A stretch of 63,483 nt of DNA, filler included, from 4 parts of 4 records of this genome joined end to end with filler, not necessarily neighbours in it, one strand, 5' to 3'. Counted from the first letter of the whole stretch, positions 19,288 through 29,965 are shown. Numbers and translations are program-made. Notes: generated by a model not told the origin, from the sequence alone.

Positions 19288-19680
19288 TTGGGTGTTCCAA
19301 CAGATCAGGATGCTCGAAGTCATACTTGTAGGTCATACCGATTTAATATTGAATTATTTGGCTTTAAGCACGATTCTCTATTTATCACTGTTGCAGATAC
19401 TAATACGCTCTGTGTAAATAACTCGAAACTCTCTATCATGCATTTTGTTTCTCCTCAAAAATTTGATCTTGAAATAATATCTGCAAATGATTTAGGAGTT
19501 TCATTATTTGGAAAAAACCATTTTAGCGTGGATGGATATACCCAGGAGATTTCAGGAAAAATAGGCAATTACATGGAACTCTATGTGCCTAGGAAAACGG
19601 AAATTATGAATGTTGATACATCTGAGAATGGCAAATTAACTTATTCAGACCCTAAAGAAGTTGATCAAGAAGAACAATAA
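19288..19680 (+). CDS. Hypothetical protein or gene remnant
   Basis: 130-codon ORF filling an intergenic gap; TTG start, no recognised motif, 5' end uncertain. Confidence 0.3.
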   Translation: MGVPTDQDARSHTCRSYRFNIELFGFKHDSLFITVADTNTLCVNNSKLSIMHFVSPQKFDLEIISANDLGVSLFGKNHFSVDGYTQEISGKIGNYMELYVPRKTEIMNVDTSENGKLTYSDPKEVDQEEQ

Positions 19681-19737
19681 TCATTTCTCTTTTCCTTTTT
19701 AAATGGAAGATATCGGAGATTTAAATGTGATTGAAAA

Positions 19738-20244
19738 TTAATCTTCAAGTTCCACTATTACCTCGATCTCCACAGCCATATTATTTGGTAATGCAGCGAC
19801 TCCTACGGCCGATCTGGCATGCTTACCTTTTTCTCCAAAGACTTCTACCATAAGATCAGAAAAGCCATTGATTACAGCGGGCTGTTTATCGAATTTTGGA
19901 TCTGAGTTAACCATTCCCAATACCTTTACAAACTGTTTCACTTTGCTTAGGTCACCTGTTGCGGCCTTTAGCATAGCGATGACTTCCAGTCCTGTTTCGC
20001 GTGCTGCCTGATAACCTTCTTCGATTGTCAGCTCTGCGCCAACTTTCCCTATGACATCTGGTCCAGTTCCTGATAGGTATAGCAGATTGCCGACTTGTTT
20101 CCATTTCACATAGTTTGCTATTGGCGTACCAACTTCGGGTAGGGCGAGCCCCAGTTTTTCCAGATTTTGCTCCGGTGTCTGAGCATTTGCAAGGAAAGCC
20201 AAGAAAAGTAAGGGAAATACGAAAATGAAGCTCTTGTTTTTCAT
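19738..20244 (-). CDS. Rid (YjgF/YER057c/UK114) family protein with signal peptide
   Basis: LYLSG, VKVLGMVN, VINGFSDLMVEVFG..GKHARSAVG..LP..MAVEIE. Confidence 0.9.
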   Translation of the reverse strand: MKNKSFIFVFPLLFLAFLANAQTPEQNLEKLGLALPEVGTPIANYVKWKQVGNLLYLSGTGPDVIGKVGAELTIEEGYQAARETGLEVIAMLKAATGDLSKVKQFVKVLGMVNSDPKFDKQPAVINGFSDLMVEVFGEKGKHARSAVGVAALPNNMAVEIEVIVELED

Positions 20245-20325
20245 AAAAAGGAAGTGTGGTTTTAGTATTTCTAAGCTAAGTGATTCTTTTTACTTTTAGC
20301 ATTCATATTCTAAAAAGTTGTACTG

Positions 20326-20787
20326 ATGGATCAGATTGAGATAATACCCTATTCACCCGAATTAAGCCCTTTTTTCAAATCAATAAACCAAGCTTGGGTG
20401 GAAGATTATTTTTCGATTGAGCCATTTGATCAGGCCCAGTTCGACCGTCCAGAGGAGACGATTATCCAGCCTGGGGGTACGATTATTTTTGCTAAGCAGG
20501 GAGAGCAAATCATTGGTACCGTAGGTCTGCATAAGGTTTCTGATGAGGTTTATGAACTTATCAAAATGGGGGTTGCCTCGCAGGCGAAAGGAAAAGGAAT
20601 AGGGATGATGCTGGCTCAAGCGATTTTAGAAAAAGCCAAGGAAATGGGAGGGAAGAAGGTGGTGCTCTACACCCATTCCAAGCTAATCCCAGCTTTAAGA
20701 ATTTATGAGAAGTTGGGATTTAAAGATTCTGACCTTGAGCCTGGCAAATACTGTCGCTGCGATATCAAAATGGAAATGGATCTGTAG
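20326..20787 (+). CDS. GNAT family N-acetyltransferase
   Basis: YELIKMGV...KGKGIG, ALRIYEKLGF. Confidence 0.88.
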   Translation: MDQIEIIPYSPELSPFFKSINQAWVEDYFSIEPFDQAQFDRPEETIIQPGGTIIFAKQGEQIIGTVGLHKVSDEVYELIKMGVASQAKGKGIGMMLAQAILEKAKEMGGKKVVLYTHSKLIPALRIYEKLGFKDSDLEPGKYCRCDIKMEMDL

Positions 20788-20888
20788 AATGACTTATACT
20801 AATTTTTATCATGAGTTTAACTGATTTTTGACAGTTAAAAATGAGTTGAATATGTAGAGATTTAGGATCAATCATTTCCCTTTCTATC

Positions 20889-21713
20889 ATGAAAAAGATC
20901 CTCGTTCCCTTTGATTTTTCCTCGTACTCAGTGGTGGCACTCAAAACTGCTCAAAAAATCAGTGCTAAATCGGGTGCAGAGATACTCTGTGTTACAGTTA
21001 TTCCATCCGAAGTAGATTGGGAATTACTCTCCGATGAGGCGAAAAAAAACTATCCGGATTTAATCGAAGAATTTGAAGAAGCTCAGGAAGTGCTGCCGGA
21101 TTATATTCTTAAGATTGCGCCAGCCAAAGCCCCAATCCGACAAATTGTTAGAATAGGTGTTCCTAATGAATTAATCCTTCGGGTAGTTCAAGAGGAAAAT
21201 CCTGATATGCTGGTGCTTGGTGCTTATGGTAAAGGGTATGAAGAAGGAAACTTCATTGGATCAACCTTACAGAGGGTACTTAGAAAATCTAATTGCCCTG
21301 TTTTGGCAGTGAAAGAACCTCTAGGTGGAAATGATTTCCGGAAAGTTGTTTTTGCATCCAATTTTGAACCAAAATCCAAAGTAGCTTTTGAAAAAATCAA
21401 GCCACTTATAAAGCTTTTCAAAAGCACCGTCCACTTACTTTTCGTCAATATTCCTGCTCATTTCACCTCCACTCAAGAAATCACTTCAAGAATGGACTGG
21501 TTTAAGAAAGGACACGAGGAATTGACTATTTATAAGCATATTTTCAATGACACAGAAGTAGAAAAGGGCATGATTGCATTCGCCGAAACCCAGAATATTA
21601 AATGGCTTATTTTGGTAACGGGTGATCATAGTCTTGCTCCTTCCTATCTAGTAGAAACTACCGAAACTTTGATTTTCAAAAGTGGTTTGGGTGTGCTAAG
21701 TGTAAAAAACTAG
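20889..21713 (+). CDS. Universal stress protein (tandem USP domains)
   Basis: MKKILVPFDFS, DMLVLGAYG, IGSTLQRVLRKSNCPVLAV; second domain KVVFASNF. Confidence 0.9.
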   Translation: MKKILVPFDFSSYSVVALKTAQKISAKSGAEILCVTVIPSEVDWELLSDEAKKNYPDLIEEFEEAQEVLPDYILKIAPAKAPIRQIVRIGVPNELILRVVQEENPDMLVLGAYGKGYEEGNFIGSTLQRVLRKSNCPVLAVKEPLGGNDFRKVVFASNFEPKSKVAFEKIKPLIKLFKSTVHLLFVNIPAHFTSTQEITSRMDWFKKGHEELTIYKHIFNDTEVEKGMIAFAETQNIKWLILVTGDHSLAPSYLVETTETLIFKSGLGVLSVKN

Positions 21714-21714
21714 C

Positions 21715-22638
21715 TTACCAGAATCTGAATGCTTTCTCATACACTCTGTTTCTAAAGAAGAAGTTGTCCCAAATGTCAGGAGAGAGATAAATTTCCACTC
21801 CAAAATTTATAGTCATGTAGCCATCATACCGATGCGTCAGACCAGAACCACGGCGTATTCTCCCGTTATTTCGTAGGATCTTATCCACATCTGGTAACCC
21901 ATTATCATCAAGGAAATTCGGATTTCTAACTGCTAATCGTAGTCTATCCGGATTGTTTCCGGTCACATAATCATCTACCAAGTCTAGATAAAATTCACTG
22001 ATATTATAGGCTGAAATATCATCCATATAGTCAGTAAGAGTAAATCTGTAATTTCCTTCCAGGAAAAGATCCATATACACGTTCATCTTATACTTTAATC
22101 CTAACCCCATCGGAAATGTGATGATATATCGGTTGTAAGGATTGTTTTCCAGTTGCAGAGGTCGCAAATCTACCCACTCATCATCCAGCTCAGCGGTAGG
22201 GTTGTTAGTAGACATACCGAGTCCCGCAAAAATATATGGATTCAGTAGGGAGCGATGGATATTTGGGACTTTTACAGGATTTAAATAGTATTCCACCATA
22301 GCTGTAGCCTCCCAGTTTTGTGCTCTGAAATGTAGGTTTCTGGGGGTTCTGTATGCTCTCGGGTCTGAGGGGGGATCTTGACCTGACATTTTGATGTAGG
22401 AGAAATCCATTCTAGCTCTGAGATTAGTCCCAAAAGTATAATGTGCTGCTATATTCGCATTCCAATCAGGTTGGATACCTTCATTATACTTCCAAAAGGA
22501 ATACAATTCTCCATAATACTGTGTCATTCCAGCACTTGCAGAAAATGACCAAGGTTCTTCAAACCGAAAACGATAAAAACTTTGCGAGAAGGCTTCTGTC
22601 GTAGAAAGTAATAGAATTATGAATAGAATTTTTTTCAT
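21715..22638 (-). CDS. DUF6089-like outer-membrane beta-barrel protein
   Basis: Signal peptide; YYGEL, RNLHFR, LRPLQLE, FPMGLGLKY, RFTLTDYMDDIS. Confidence 0.7.
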   Translation of the reverse strand: MKKILFIILLLSTTEAFSQSFYRFRFEEPWSFSASAGMTQYYGELYSFWKYNEGIQPDWNANIAAHYTFGTNLRARMDFSYIKMSGQDPPSDPRAYRTPRNLHFRAQNWEATAMVEYYLNPVKVPNIHRSLLNPYIFAGLGMSTNNPTAELDDEWVDLRPLQLENNPYNRYIITFPMGLGLKYKMNVYMDLFLEGNYRFTLTDYMDDISAYNISEFYLDLVDDYVTGNNPDRLRLAVRNPNFLDDNGLPDVDKILRNNGRIRRGSGLTHRYDGYMTINFGVEIYLSPDIWDNFFFRNRVYEKAFRFW

Positions 22639-22689
22639 AGAAAGCCTCCACTTGATCTTCCGTAAAAGGGATCATGGGTGAAAATTAGG

Positions 22690-23592
22690 CTAATTTTCTA
22701 ACTTATCAAACCCCGATTTAAGGTGAAGATCTCGTTGAGGGAATGGTATCTCAACTCCTTGCTCACCAAATTTTTTGAAGATGGCATAATATAATTGGCT
22801 TTTCAGCACTTTTGGTCTATTAATATACTCTGAAGACCAAACTCTAAGCGTAAAGTTGATGCTATTGTCTCCATAGCTGTCAAAAAGTACGTCAGGGGCA
22901 GGAGTATTTAGGACTCCAGCATTTTCTTTTGCTGCTTCGATTAAGATGCCTTTTATTTTTTCAGGGTCCTCTTTATAGGACACGCCTACCGGAAAATTGA
23001 AGCGAATATTTCGATCATTATGGGACCAGTTTATTACTGGACTGTCAATAAACTGGCTGTTCGGGACGATTATGGTAATGTTGTCATTTGTCACAATGGT
23101 AGTGGATCGAGCCGAAATTCTAATTACATCTCCCGTCACATCACCTACCTCGATGCGATCTCCCACTTTTATGGGTTGCTCAAAGAGTATAATTAACCCT
23201 GAAATAAAGTTATTTGTAATGTTTTGTAGACCAAAACCAATACCTACACCCAAGGCACCTGCAAGAATTCCGAAAGCACTTAAGTCAACGCCATTTGTCT
23301 GAAGAATTGAGAATACTCCTGCCAGAATGAGCACATACTTCACTATCATTCCTATCGAAGCTCTTGTGCCCGAATCAATCTGATAGCGATTTAAGATCTT
23401 GTGGACCAAAAATCTTCTGATCCATTCAGTAACTATAAAAAGTATTACAAATGAGATAATTAAGGTGAGAATCAGCCCCACGGTTAGCTTAGAATCTCCA
23501 AGGTTAACCAGGCTGTAGTTGAATACTTGCTCAATCCACTCAATAAAACCCTGCGCTTTTTCCTCTGCCACTTCTTTTATTTCTTGTTGCAT
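22690..23592 (-). CDS. MscS family mechanosensitive channel
   Basis: GALGVGIGFGLQNITNNFISGLIILFEQPIKVGD, IIVPNS, IPFPQRDLH. Confidence 0.95.
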   Translation of the reverse strand: MQQEIKEVAEEKAQGFIEWIEQVFNYSLVNLGDSKLTVGLILTLIISFVILFIVTEWIRRFLVHKILNRYQIDSGTRASIGMIVKYVLILAGVFSILQTNGVDLSAFGILAGALGVGIGFGLQNITNNFISGLIILFEQPIKVGDRIEVGDVTGDVIRISARSTTIVTNDNITIIVPNSQFIDSPVINWSHNDRNIRFNFPVGVSYKEDPEKIKGILIEAAKENAGVLNTPAPDVLFDSYGDNSINFTLRVWSSEYINRPKVLKSQLYYAIFKKFGEQGVEIPFPQRDLHLKSGFDKLEN

Positions 23593-23756
23593 TTAATTCT
23601 TACTTACTTTTATTTTTCTTCTAGCCCCAACTATCCAGAATTGCATTTAATGTACTATAATTCTGTTAAAACATGCAATCCTTTGCATTGTTCGCTTTCT
23701 TTTTGTTGGATAAGAGTGAATGGAGATATTTAATTGAATTTGGCTAATTTTGAAAC

Positions 23757-25298
23757 ATGAGCAAGCAAAAAGAAGAGCTGGAGCATAGGCTGAAGCTTAG
23801 AAATATTAAACTCTCGGATTACGATGATATCCGGGAAATCATGGTCTCTATTTATAAAAATCAAGGTGGGGCCTGGACCAAAGAAGAGCTTAAGAACCAG
23901 TTAAAAGCATTTCCTGAAGGCCAGATTGCGATAGAAGATAATGGTAAAGTAGTGGCCGCAGCGATGAGTCTGGTGGTCGACTACAATAAATTTGGAGACA
24001 ACCACACCTACGATCAGATCACGGGTTTTGGGAAGTTCGACACCCACGATATGGATGGCGACACCCTTTACGGAACAGATGTGTTTGTACATACCGATTA
24101 TAGAGGAATGAGGCTTGGACGTAGATTGTATGATGTGCGAAAAGAGCTTTGCGAGAACCTTAATCTTCGATCTATAATCGCAGGAGGTAGAATTCCTGGA
24201 TACACGAATTACGCTGACGAGATGACTCCTCGGAAATACATAGATCTGGTTAAAAACAAGGAGATTTTTGACTCAGTCTTGTCTTTCCAGCTGGCTAATG
24301 AATTTCACGTAAGAAAAGTTATTACCAAATATTTACCATCAGACACTGATTCGAGAGCCTATGCCACGCTTCTCGAGTGGATCAATATTTATTACGAAAA
24401 GGACGAAAAGCTAATCGGTAACAAGAAGTCAATTGTCCGTCTTGGATTAGTTCAATGGAAGATGCGCCGCTTCTCCAATGTGGACGATCTGATGCAGCAG
24501 GTGGAATTTTTCGTGGATACGGTGTCTGGGTATAAGTCCGATTTCTGCCTACTCCCAGAATTCTTCAATGCACCACTTTTGGCAGAATTCAATGATATGG
24601 ATGCTTCTGAAGCCATCCGTAATCTGGCAGATTATACAGATGAGATTGTCAGCAGGATGAGTGACTTGGCTGTTTCTTATAATGTGAATATCGTTGCGGG
24701 TTCTATGCCAGAGTACGATGGTAAAAAGCTAAGAAACGTAAGTTACCTCTGTCGTAGAGATGGTACGCAGGATAAGCAATACAAGCTGCACATTACGCCT
24801 GATGAGGCATCCTACTGGGGTCTTCAAGGTGGAAACGGGATCAATGTGTTCGATACCGATGCAGGTAGAATCGGGATTTTGATCTGCTATGATGTGGAAT
24901 TCCCAGAATTGGGAAGAATCCTCGCTGAACAGGAAATGGACATTATGTTCGTTCCTTTTTGGACAGATACCAAGAATGCTTTCCTTCGGGTAAATACCTG
25001 CGCAAAATCCAGAGCAATAGAAAATGAATGTTATGTTGCTATCACAGGATCTGTGGGGAATCTACCAAAAGTAGAAAACATGGATATTCAATATTCCCAG
25101 GCTGCGATTTATTCTCCTTCAGACTTTTCCTTTCCGCATGATGCAGTAGTTGCTATGGCCTCCGAAAATGAGGAAACGATTATTGTGGCGGATGTGGATT
25201 TGGATTTATTGACAAAGCAGCGGAAAGCGGGAAGTGTACGAAACCTCGAGCAAAGGAGGCTCGATCTTTATTCAATTCAATGGAAACAGAAAAAATAA
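23757..25298 (+). CDS. Bifunctional GNAT acetyltransferase / carbon-nitrogen hydrolase
   Basis: N-terminal YRGMRLGRRLY GNAT motif; C-terminal LPEFF, QYKLHITP, ICYDVEFPE triad. Confidence 0.92.
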   Translation: MSKQKEELEHRLKLRNIKLSDYDDIREIMVSIYKNQGGAWTKEELKNQLKAFPEGQIAIEDNGKVVAAAMSLVVDYNKFGDNHTYDQITGFGKFDTHDMDGDTLYGTDVFVHTDYRGMRLGRRLYDVRKELCENLNLRSIIAGGRIPGYTNYADEMTPRKYIDLVKNKEIFDSVLSFQLANEFHVRKVITKYLPSDTDSRAYATLLEWINIYYEKDEKLIGNKKSIVRLGLVQWKMRRFSNVDDLMQQVEFFVDTVSGYKSDFCLLPEFFNAPLLAEFNDMDASEAIRNLADYTDEIVSRMSDLAVSYNVNIVAGSMPEYDGKKLRNVSYLCRRDGTQDKQYKLHITPDEASYWGLQGGNGINVFDTDAGRIGILICYDVEFPELGRILAEQEMDIMFVPFWTDTKNAFLRVNTCAKSRAIENECYVAITGSVGNLPKVENMDIQYSQAAIYSPSDFSFPHDAVVAMASENEETIIVADVDLDLLTKQRKAGSVRNLEQRRLDLYSIQWKQKK

Positions 25299-25864
25299 TA
25301 GCTGCATACTTCGCTCACATTTCTGAAGAGGTATGGGAGAGAGCAGCTAAAATAAAATTGGTCATCACGGACATAGATGGAGTGATGACGGACGGCGGGA
25401 TTATTTACGATGATAATAAGCTGGAGTTTAAAAAGTTCAATGTCAAAGACGGATTGATCGTCTATCACCTTCGCAAAAGTGGCTTAATGGTAGGTGCCAT
25501 CACGGGGAGAGAATCTTACGTAGTGCAAAACCGCTGTGAAGAGCTAAAGTTTGACTTTCATTACCATGGTGTCAAGAACAAGGGTAAGAAGTTTAATGAG
25601 GTTTTGGAAACTCTTGAGCTGCAGGCTGAGGAAGTCGCTTTCATCGGTGACGACTTAATTGATTTGCCGATTTTATCTCGTGTAGGCTTGGCGGTAGTTT
25701 CTAGCGATGCAATGGAATACGTGAAGCCGATTGCGCACTATGTTTCTAGATTTAAAGGAGGAGAGGGCGTTTTTAGAGAAGTAGGAGATTTGCTTCTTCA
25801 TTCAAACGAACAACTTGTACCCTTAATTGACACTTTATCCCAAACCGAAAATGATAAGAAATAA
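25280..25864 (+). CDS. kdsC: KDO 8-phosphate phosphatase (HAD family)
   Basis: TDIDGVMTDG, KFNVKDG, ITGRES, FIGDDLIDLP; adjacent to kdsA. Confidence 0.88.
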   Translation: METEKIIAAYFAHISEEVWERAAKIKLVITDIDGVMTDGGIIYDDNKLEFKKFNVKDGLIVYHLRKSGLMVGAITGRESYVVQNRCEELKFDFHYHGVKNKGKKFNEVLETLELQAEEVAFIGDDLIDLPILSRVGLAVVSSDAMEYVKPIAHYVSRFKGGEGVFREVGDLLLHSNEQLVPLIDTLSQTENDKK

Positions 25865-26699
25865 TAAGCCCATGCGGATCACTGATTCGGTGATTTTGGG
25901 AGAAGAAAAACCTGTTTTATTTGCCGGTCCCTGTGCTGTAGAGAGCTTTGATATCTGCCTGGAGATTGGTACCAAAGTAAAAGATTGGGCCGAACAGCAC
26001 GGATTTTCTTATGTGTTCAAAGCTTCTTTTGATAAGGCAAATAGAACTTCATCTGGTTCGTTCAGAAGTATTGGTATGGATAAATCGCTGGAAGTTTTAC
26101 AGCGTGTAGGGAATGCTTTGAACGTTCCTTTGGTGACAGACATCCATGAGAGTTACCAGGTGAAGGATGTAGCCGAAGTAGTAGATGTGCTTCAGATTCC
26201 AGCTTTCCTATGTCGGCAGACGGATTTGCTTTTAGCCGCAGGCGAGAGTGGAAAAGCAGTCAAAATCAAGCGTGGCCAATTTATGGCTCCTGAGGATATG
26301 CAGTATGCGGTGACCAAAGTGCGGTCAACTGGAAATGAGAATGTATGCCTCACTGAGAGAGGTTTTTCCCTAGGTTACCACAATCTAGTTGTTGACATGC
26401 GCGGACTTCCTATCATGCGTCAGTTTGCTCCACTGGTTTTTGACATCACGCATTCCGTACAGCAACCAGGAGGACAAGGCGGAAGTAGCGGAGGACAGCG
26501 GGAATTTGCGCCGATTTTGGCGCGGGCTGCAGCGGCGACGGGTATAGATGGGTTTTTTATAGAAACACATCCAGATCCTTCCAAAGCACTCAGCGATGGC
26601 CCAAATTTGATTCCCCTTCACAAAATGGGACAATTCCTGGAAATGCTAAAAGAAGCATGGACACTTGGTAGAAAGTATCAGGACTTCGAAGTTGAATAA
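25851..26699 (+). CDS. kdsA: 3-deoxy-8-phosphooctulonate synthase
   Basis: AGPCAVES, FKASFDKANRTS, QIPAFLCRQTDLL, FDITHSVQQPG, ETHPDP..ALSDG; start 25851 or 25872. Confidence 0.95.
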   Translation: MIRNNKPMRITDSVILGEEKPVLFAGPCAVESFDICLEIGTKVKDWAEQHGFSYVFKASFDKANRTSSGSFRSIGMDKSLEVLQRVGNALNVPLVTDIHESYQVKDVAEVVDVLQIPAFLCRQTDLLLAAGESGKAVKIKRGQFMAPEDMQYAVTKVRSTGNENVCLTERGFSLGYHNLVVDMRGLPIMRQFAPLVFDITHSVQQPGGQGGSSGGQREFAPILARAAAATGIDGFFIETHPDPSKALSDGPNLIPLHKMGQFLEMLKEAWTLGRKYQDFEVE

Positions 26700-26712
26700 T
26701 CTTTCAAGCTAT

Positions 26713-28353
26713 ATGATCAAGAGATTTATACTCTTTTTGCTCCTGAGTACTACTCAGGGGCTTTTTTGTTTTGGTCAAAACACCGACCTCCAGGATAATA
26801 TTCGTATCAGACTGGAGCTGGATCAGCCAGATGTTCCACTTAATGTGCTACAGCAGGAGCTTTATGCCAAAGGCGAAATTTATCATTTCTATTCCAATAG
26901 GTTATTTAATCCTGTTTGGACAGAAAAGGGTGTGCTTACAGAATTGGCTTATGAGCTACGGTTTGAAATTAATCAAAGTAAGTTTGACGGGCTGAATCCA
27001 CAGGATTATCACCTAGACTTAATCAATCAATTCTTTTTTCAATTTGAATCCAATAAAAAACAAGCCACCTCTAATGCCTTGGATGACTTAGCGGATGTTG
27101 ATTTATTGCTTTCTGACGCTTTTTTCCATTTGGCAGCACATCTGGAAGTAGGGAAAGTAGATCCAAAGAAGTTAGCTGGGGATTGGGAAATTACCACAAA
27201 GATTTCTAAAGTTTCCTACCCCGATTTACTCAAAGCAGCTGTAGAAAAGAAGCAAATTCGTCAAACCCTAGAGACTCTTTATCCTACGATCACGGTTTAC
27301 AAAAAAGGTCGCGAGGTCATCCGGGGTTTAGATGAAATCCGCAAGCAGGATACTCTCAATTGGAAAGCTGTCAAAGTTTCGAAAACTATCAAAGTTGGGG
27401 AAACTCATGGGGGAATTCCAAACTTAAGGGAGCGGCTAGCTTTTTGGAAATTTTTGGAACCTTACGTTTTTGAAGATGAAAAGCAGTATGATTCCACAAT
27501 GTTTTTGGCTGTTCAGAAATTCCAACAAAGAAATGGCTTAGAACCTGACGGAGCATTGGGTAAAAATACGATTAATGCTCTCAATCAATCTCCGACAGAT
27601 TTGATTGACAAGGCTTCTGTGAATATGGAGCGACTGCGCTGGTTGCCTGATACGCTACGTGGTGCCGAAATGATCTTGGTTAATATTGCCAATTATCAAT
27701 TGGATTACCTAAGCAATCGGGATACACTTTTTTCGACGCGTGTGATCGTGGGAAAGAAATATCATGAATCACCTATTTTCTCTTCAGCTATGAGTTACAT
27801 AGTTTTTAGCCCGTATTGGAATCTTCCAACTTCTATTGTGCGAAATGAAGTGATGCCTGCTGTGCGAAAAAACCCGAATTACCTGTCACAGAAAAATATG
27901 GAAGTGGTCACTTTTTCAGGCAAAGCAGTAGATCCTGCATCTGTGAATTGGAGTGGTAAATCTATTCCTTACATGGTAAGGCAGAAGCCAGGTGCTACTA
28001 ATTCCTTGGGATTGGTGAAGTTTATGTTTCCAAATGAGCACAGTGTTTACATTCACGATACGCCAGCAAGAAGTCTTTTTACAAGAGAAGATCGCGCCTT
28101 AAGTCACGGCTGTATTCGTATTCAAGATCCTGCAACTTTTGCTGAACTACTGCTGCGTAATAACAAAGCGTGGACTTCGGATAAGATTAATTCGGCGATG
28201 CACCAGAACCGAGAGGAGATTGTCAACCTTGACCGTAAAATTCCTGTAGTATTATTGTACTTAACATTCTGGGCAGATTCCAAAGGACAAGGCCATTTTC
28301 GTCAGGATATCTACGATCGCGATGCTGAGGTTTTGGAAGCTCTTCGAGATTAA
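26713..28353 (+). CDS. YcbB/LdtD-type L,D-transpeptidase with peptidoglycan-binding domain
   Basis: AVQKFQQRNGLEPDG, NMERLRW, VNIANY, VYIHDTP, SHGCIRI catalytic motif; start moved to ATG 26713. Confidence 0.93.
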   Translation: MIKRFILFLLLSTTQGLFCFGQNTDLQDNIRIRLELDQPDVPLNVLQQELYAKGEIYHFYSNRLFNPVWTEKGVLTELAYELRFEINQSKFDGLNPQDYHLDLINQFFFQFESNKKQATSNALDDLADVDLLLSDAFFHLAAHLEVGKVDPKKLAGDWEITTKISKVSYPDLLKAAVEKKQIRQTLETLYPTITVYKKGREVIRGLDEIRKQDTLNWKAVKVSKTIKVGETHGGIPNLRERLAFWKFLEPYVFEDEKQYDSTMFLAVQKFQQRNGLEPDGALGKNTINALNQSPTDLIDKASVNMERLRWLPDTLRGAEMILVNIANYQLDYLSNRDTLFSTRVIVGKKYHESPIFSSAMSYIVFSPYWNLPTSIVRNEVMPAVRKNPNYLSQKNMEVVTFSGKAVDPASVNWSGKSIPYMVRQKPGATNSLGLVKFMFPNEHSVYIHDTPARSLFTREDRALSHGCIRIQDPATFAELLLRNNKAWTSDKINSAMHQNREEIVNLDRKIPVVLLYLTFWADSKGQGHFRQDIYDRDAEVLEALRD

Positions 28354-28543
28354 ATCAGGTGTTTTGCCCCAATTTGGGTAATAACAGTCTCAGTGATCAG
28401 TCTCCTTAGATTTGACTTCATAGTTTGAATTTTTCTTAAGGGTTTGAAAATGAATTAGAAAGGTTTAAATATGGGGCTATTATCGGTTGTGCTATTTAAG
28501 CGTACGAACTTTGACTAATAAGAGGCTGTACAATACGCCTTTT

Positions 28544-29184
28544 ATGAATAAGAAAATATTTATCCCCATCGCTGCAGTTGTTTTACTTGCTGTAGGTCTC
28601 GTCTGGTTTTTTAACCAAAGAAGATCTGATATCACTGACGAACTTGAGCAGTATTTTACATCTGGAGAAGCTGGAGTTTTAGCTGAATCAGATTATGCGG
28701 TTTCCATTGAAGAGTTTTATACTGATCGAGAATACATGGAAGTATGGCTCTTCAACGGGTCCCTTTCAAAAAATGGAGAAGAGTTATTAGAACAAATAGA
28801 GGATTCGAAATACGATGGCTTGCAACCTGAAGATTACCATCTAGAGCGGATCTATGCACTATCATCCACTCCTGAAAAGGAAAACAAGAAATTCAGAAAT
28901 TTATCTTCAGATGAGAAAGTTAGCCTTGAATTATTGCTTACCGATGCCTTTTTCCGTCTAGCTCATGATTTGGAAAATGGGAAAGTAAATCCGTCCTCTC
29001 TTGATCCAAATTGGAAGTTTGAGGAGAAGGAGACAGAAAATAACTATTCGGAAATGCTGAAGGAAGTAGCTGGAGGAAGTTCAGTAGAGAAGACTTTTGA
29101 AAAACTTTACCCAAATTCAGATCTGTATGCGCAAGGAAGGAAGGCTATACAGGAATTGTATACAATCCAAAAAAATGATACGCT
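28544..29184 (+). CDS. Second YcbB-type L,D-transpeptidase, N-terminal part (cut by contig end)
   Basis: SKYDGLQPEDYHL, LLLTDAFFRLAHDLENGKVNP and KLYP match the scaffold domain of the upstream paralog. Confidence 0.8.
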
Positions 29185-29284
29185 NNNNNNNNNNNNNNNN
29201 NNNNNNNNNNNNNNNNNNNNNNNNNNNNTTAATTAATTAANNNNNNNNNNNNNNNNNNNNNNNNNNNNNNNNNNNNNNNNNNNN
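29185..29284. other. Artificial contig linker
   Basis: 44 N + TTAATTAATTAA (stops in all frames) + 44 N. Confidence 0.98.
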
Positions 29285-29853
29285 TTGTTCAGGGCGGAGT
29301 CTATCAAGATTTGCGGTTTCGCTCCATTGATGCGCTCAATGAAATAGGTTTTGATGGCTATGCTGTTGGCGGCCTTGCTGTTGGTGAAGGTCAGGAAATG
29401 ATGTTCAATGTGCTTGATTTCACTATGCCGCGTATGCCGCAGAAGACGCCGCGCTACCTCATGGGCGTGGGCAAGCCAGATGATATTGTCGGTGCCGTAG
29501 AGCGCGGCATTGATATGTTTGATTGTGTTATGCCAACCCGGTCAGGGCGGACAGGGCAAGGTTTTACGAGCTTTGGTCCGATTAACATGAAGAATGCACG
29601 CCACAAAGATGATGACCGGCCAATTGATGCAGCTTGTGAATGCCCCGCTTGCACACAATATAGCCGCGCTTATGTGCATCACTTGATTAAGGCAAATGAA
29701 ATTTTAGGGGCCATGCTGCTCACGTGGCACAATCTGCAATTCTATCAGGACCTGATGGCGGGTTTGCGAACAGCAATTGCGACTAGCGGCTTATCTAAGT
29801 TTTCTTCAGAATTTCGCGAAAATTATGCGCGCGGTGATATTGAAGCCAAATAG
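29285..29853 (+). CDS. tgt: tRNA-guanine transglycosylase (5'-truncated)
   Basis: [43 protein letters not shown] zinc site, HNL. Confidence 0.95.
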
Positions 29854-29965
29854 TTGGCCTTCTTAATCCCTGTGTTGCTCCAGTCTAACCCAAGTTTAGT
29901 TGACGCTAGATAACGGGTGTTGTTTCCTTTAGTTTGAAGACGGAACAACTTTGGGAGCAAAATCC

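Noticed and set aside
29229-29240. TTAATTAATTAA as a biological repeat (also 34950-34961, 58264-58275)
   Set aside because: Centred in identical N padding; a synthetic all-frame stop linker
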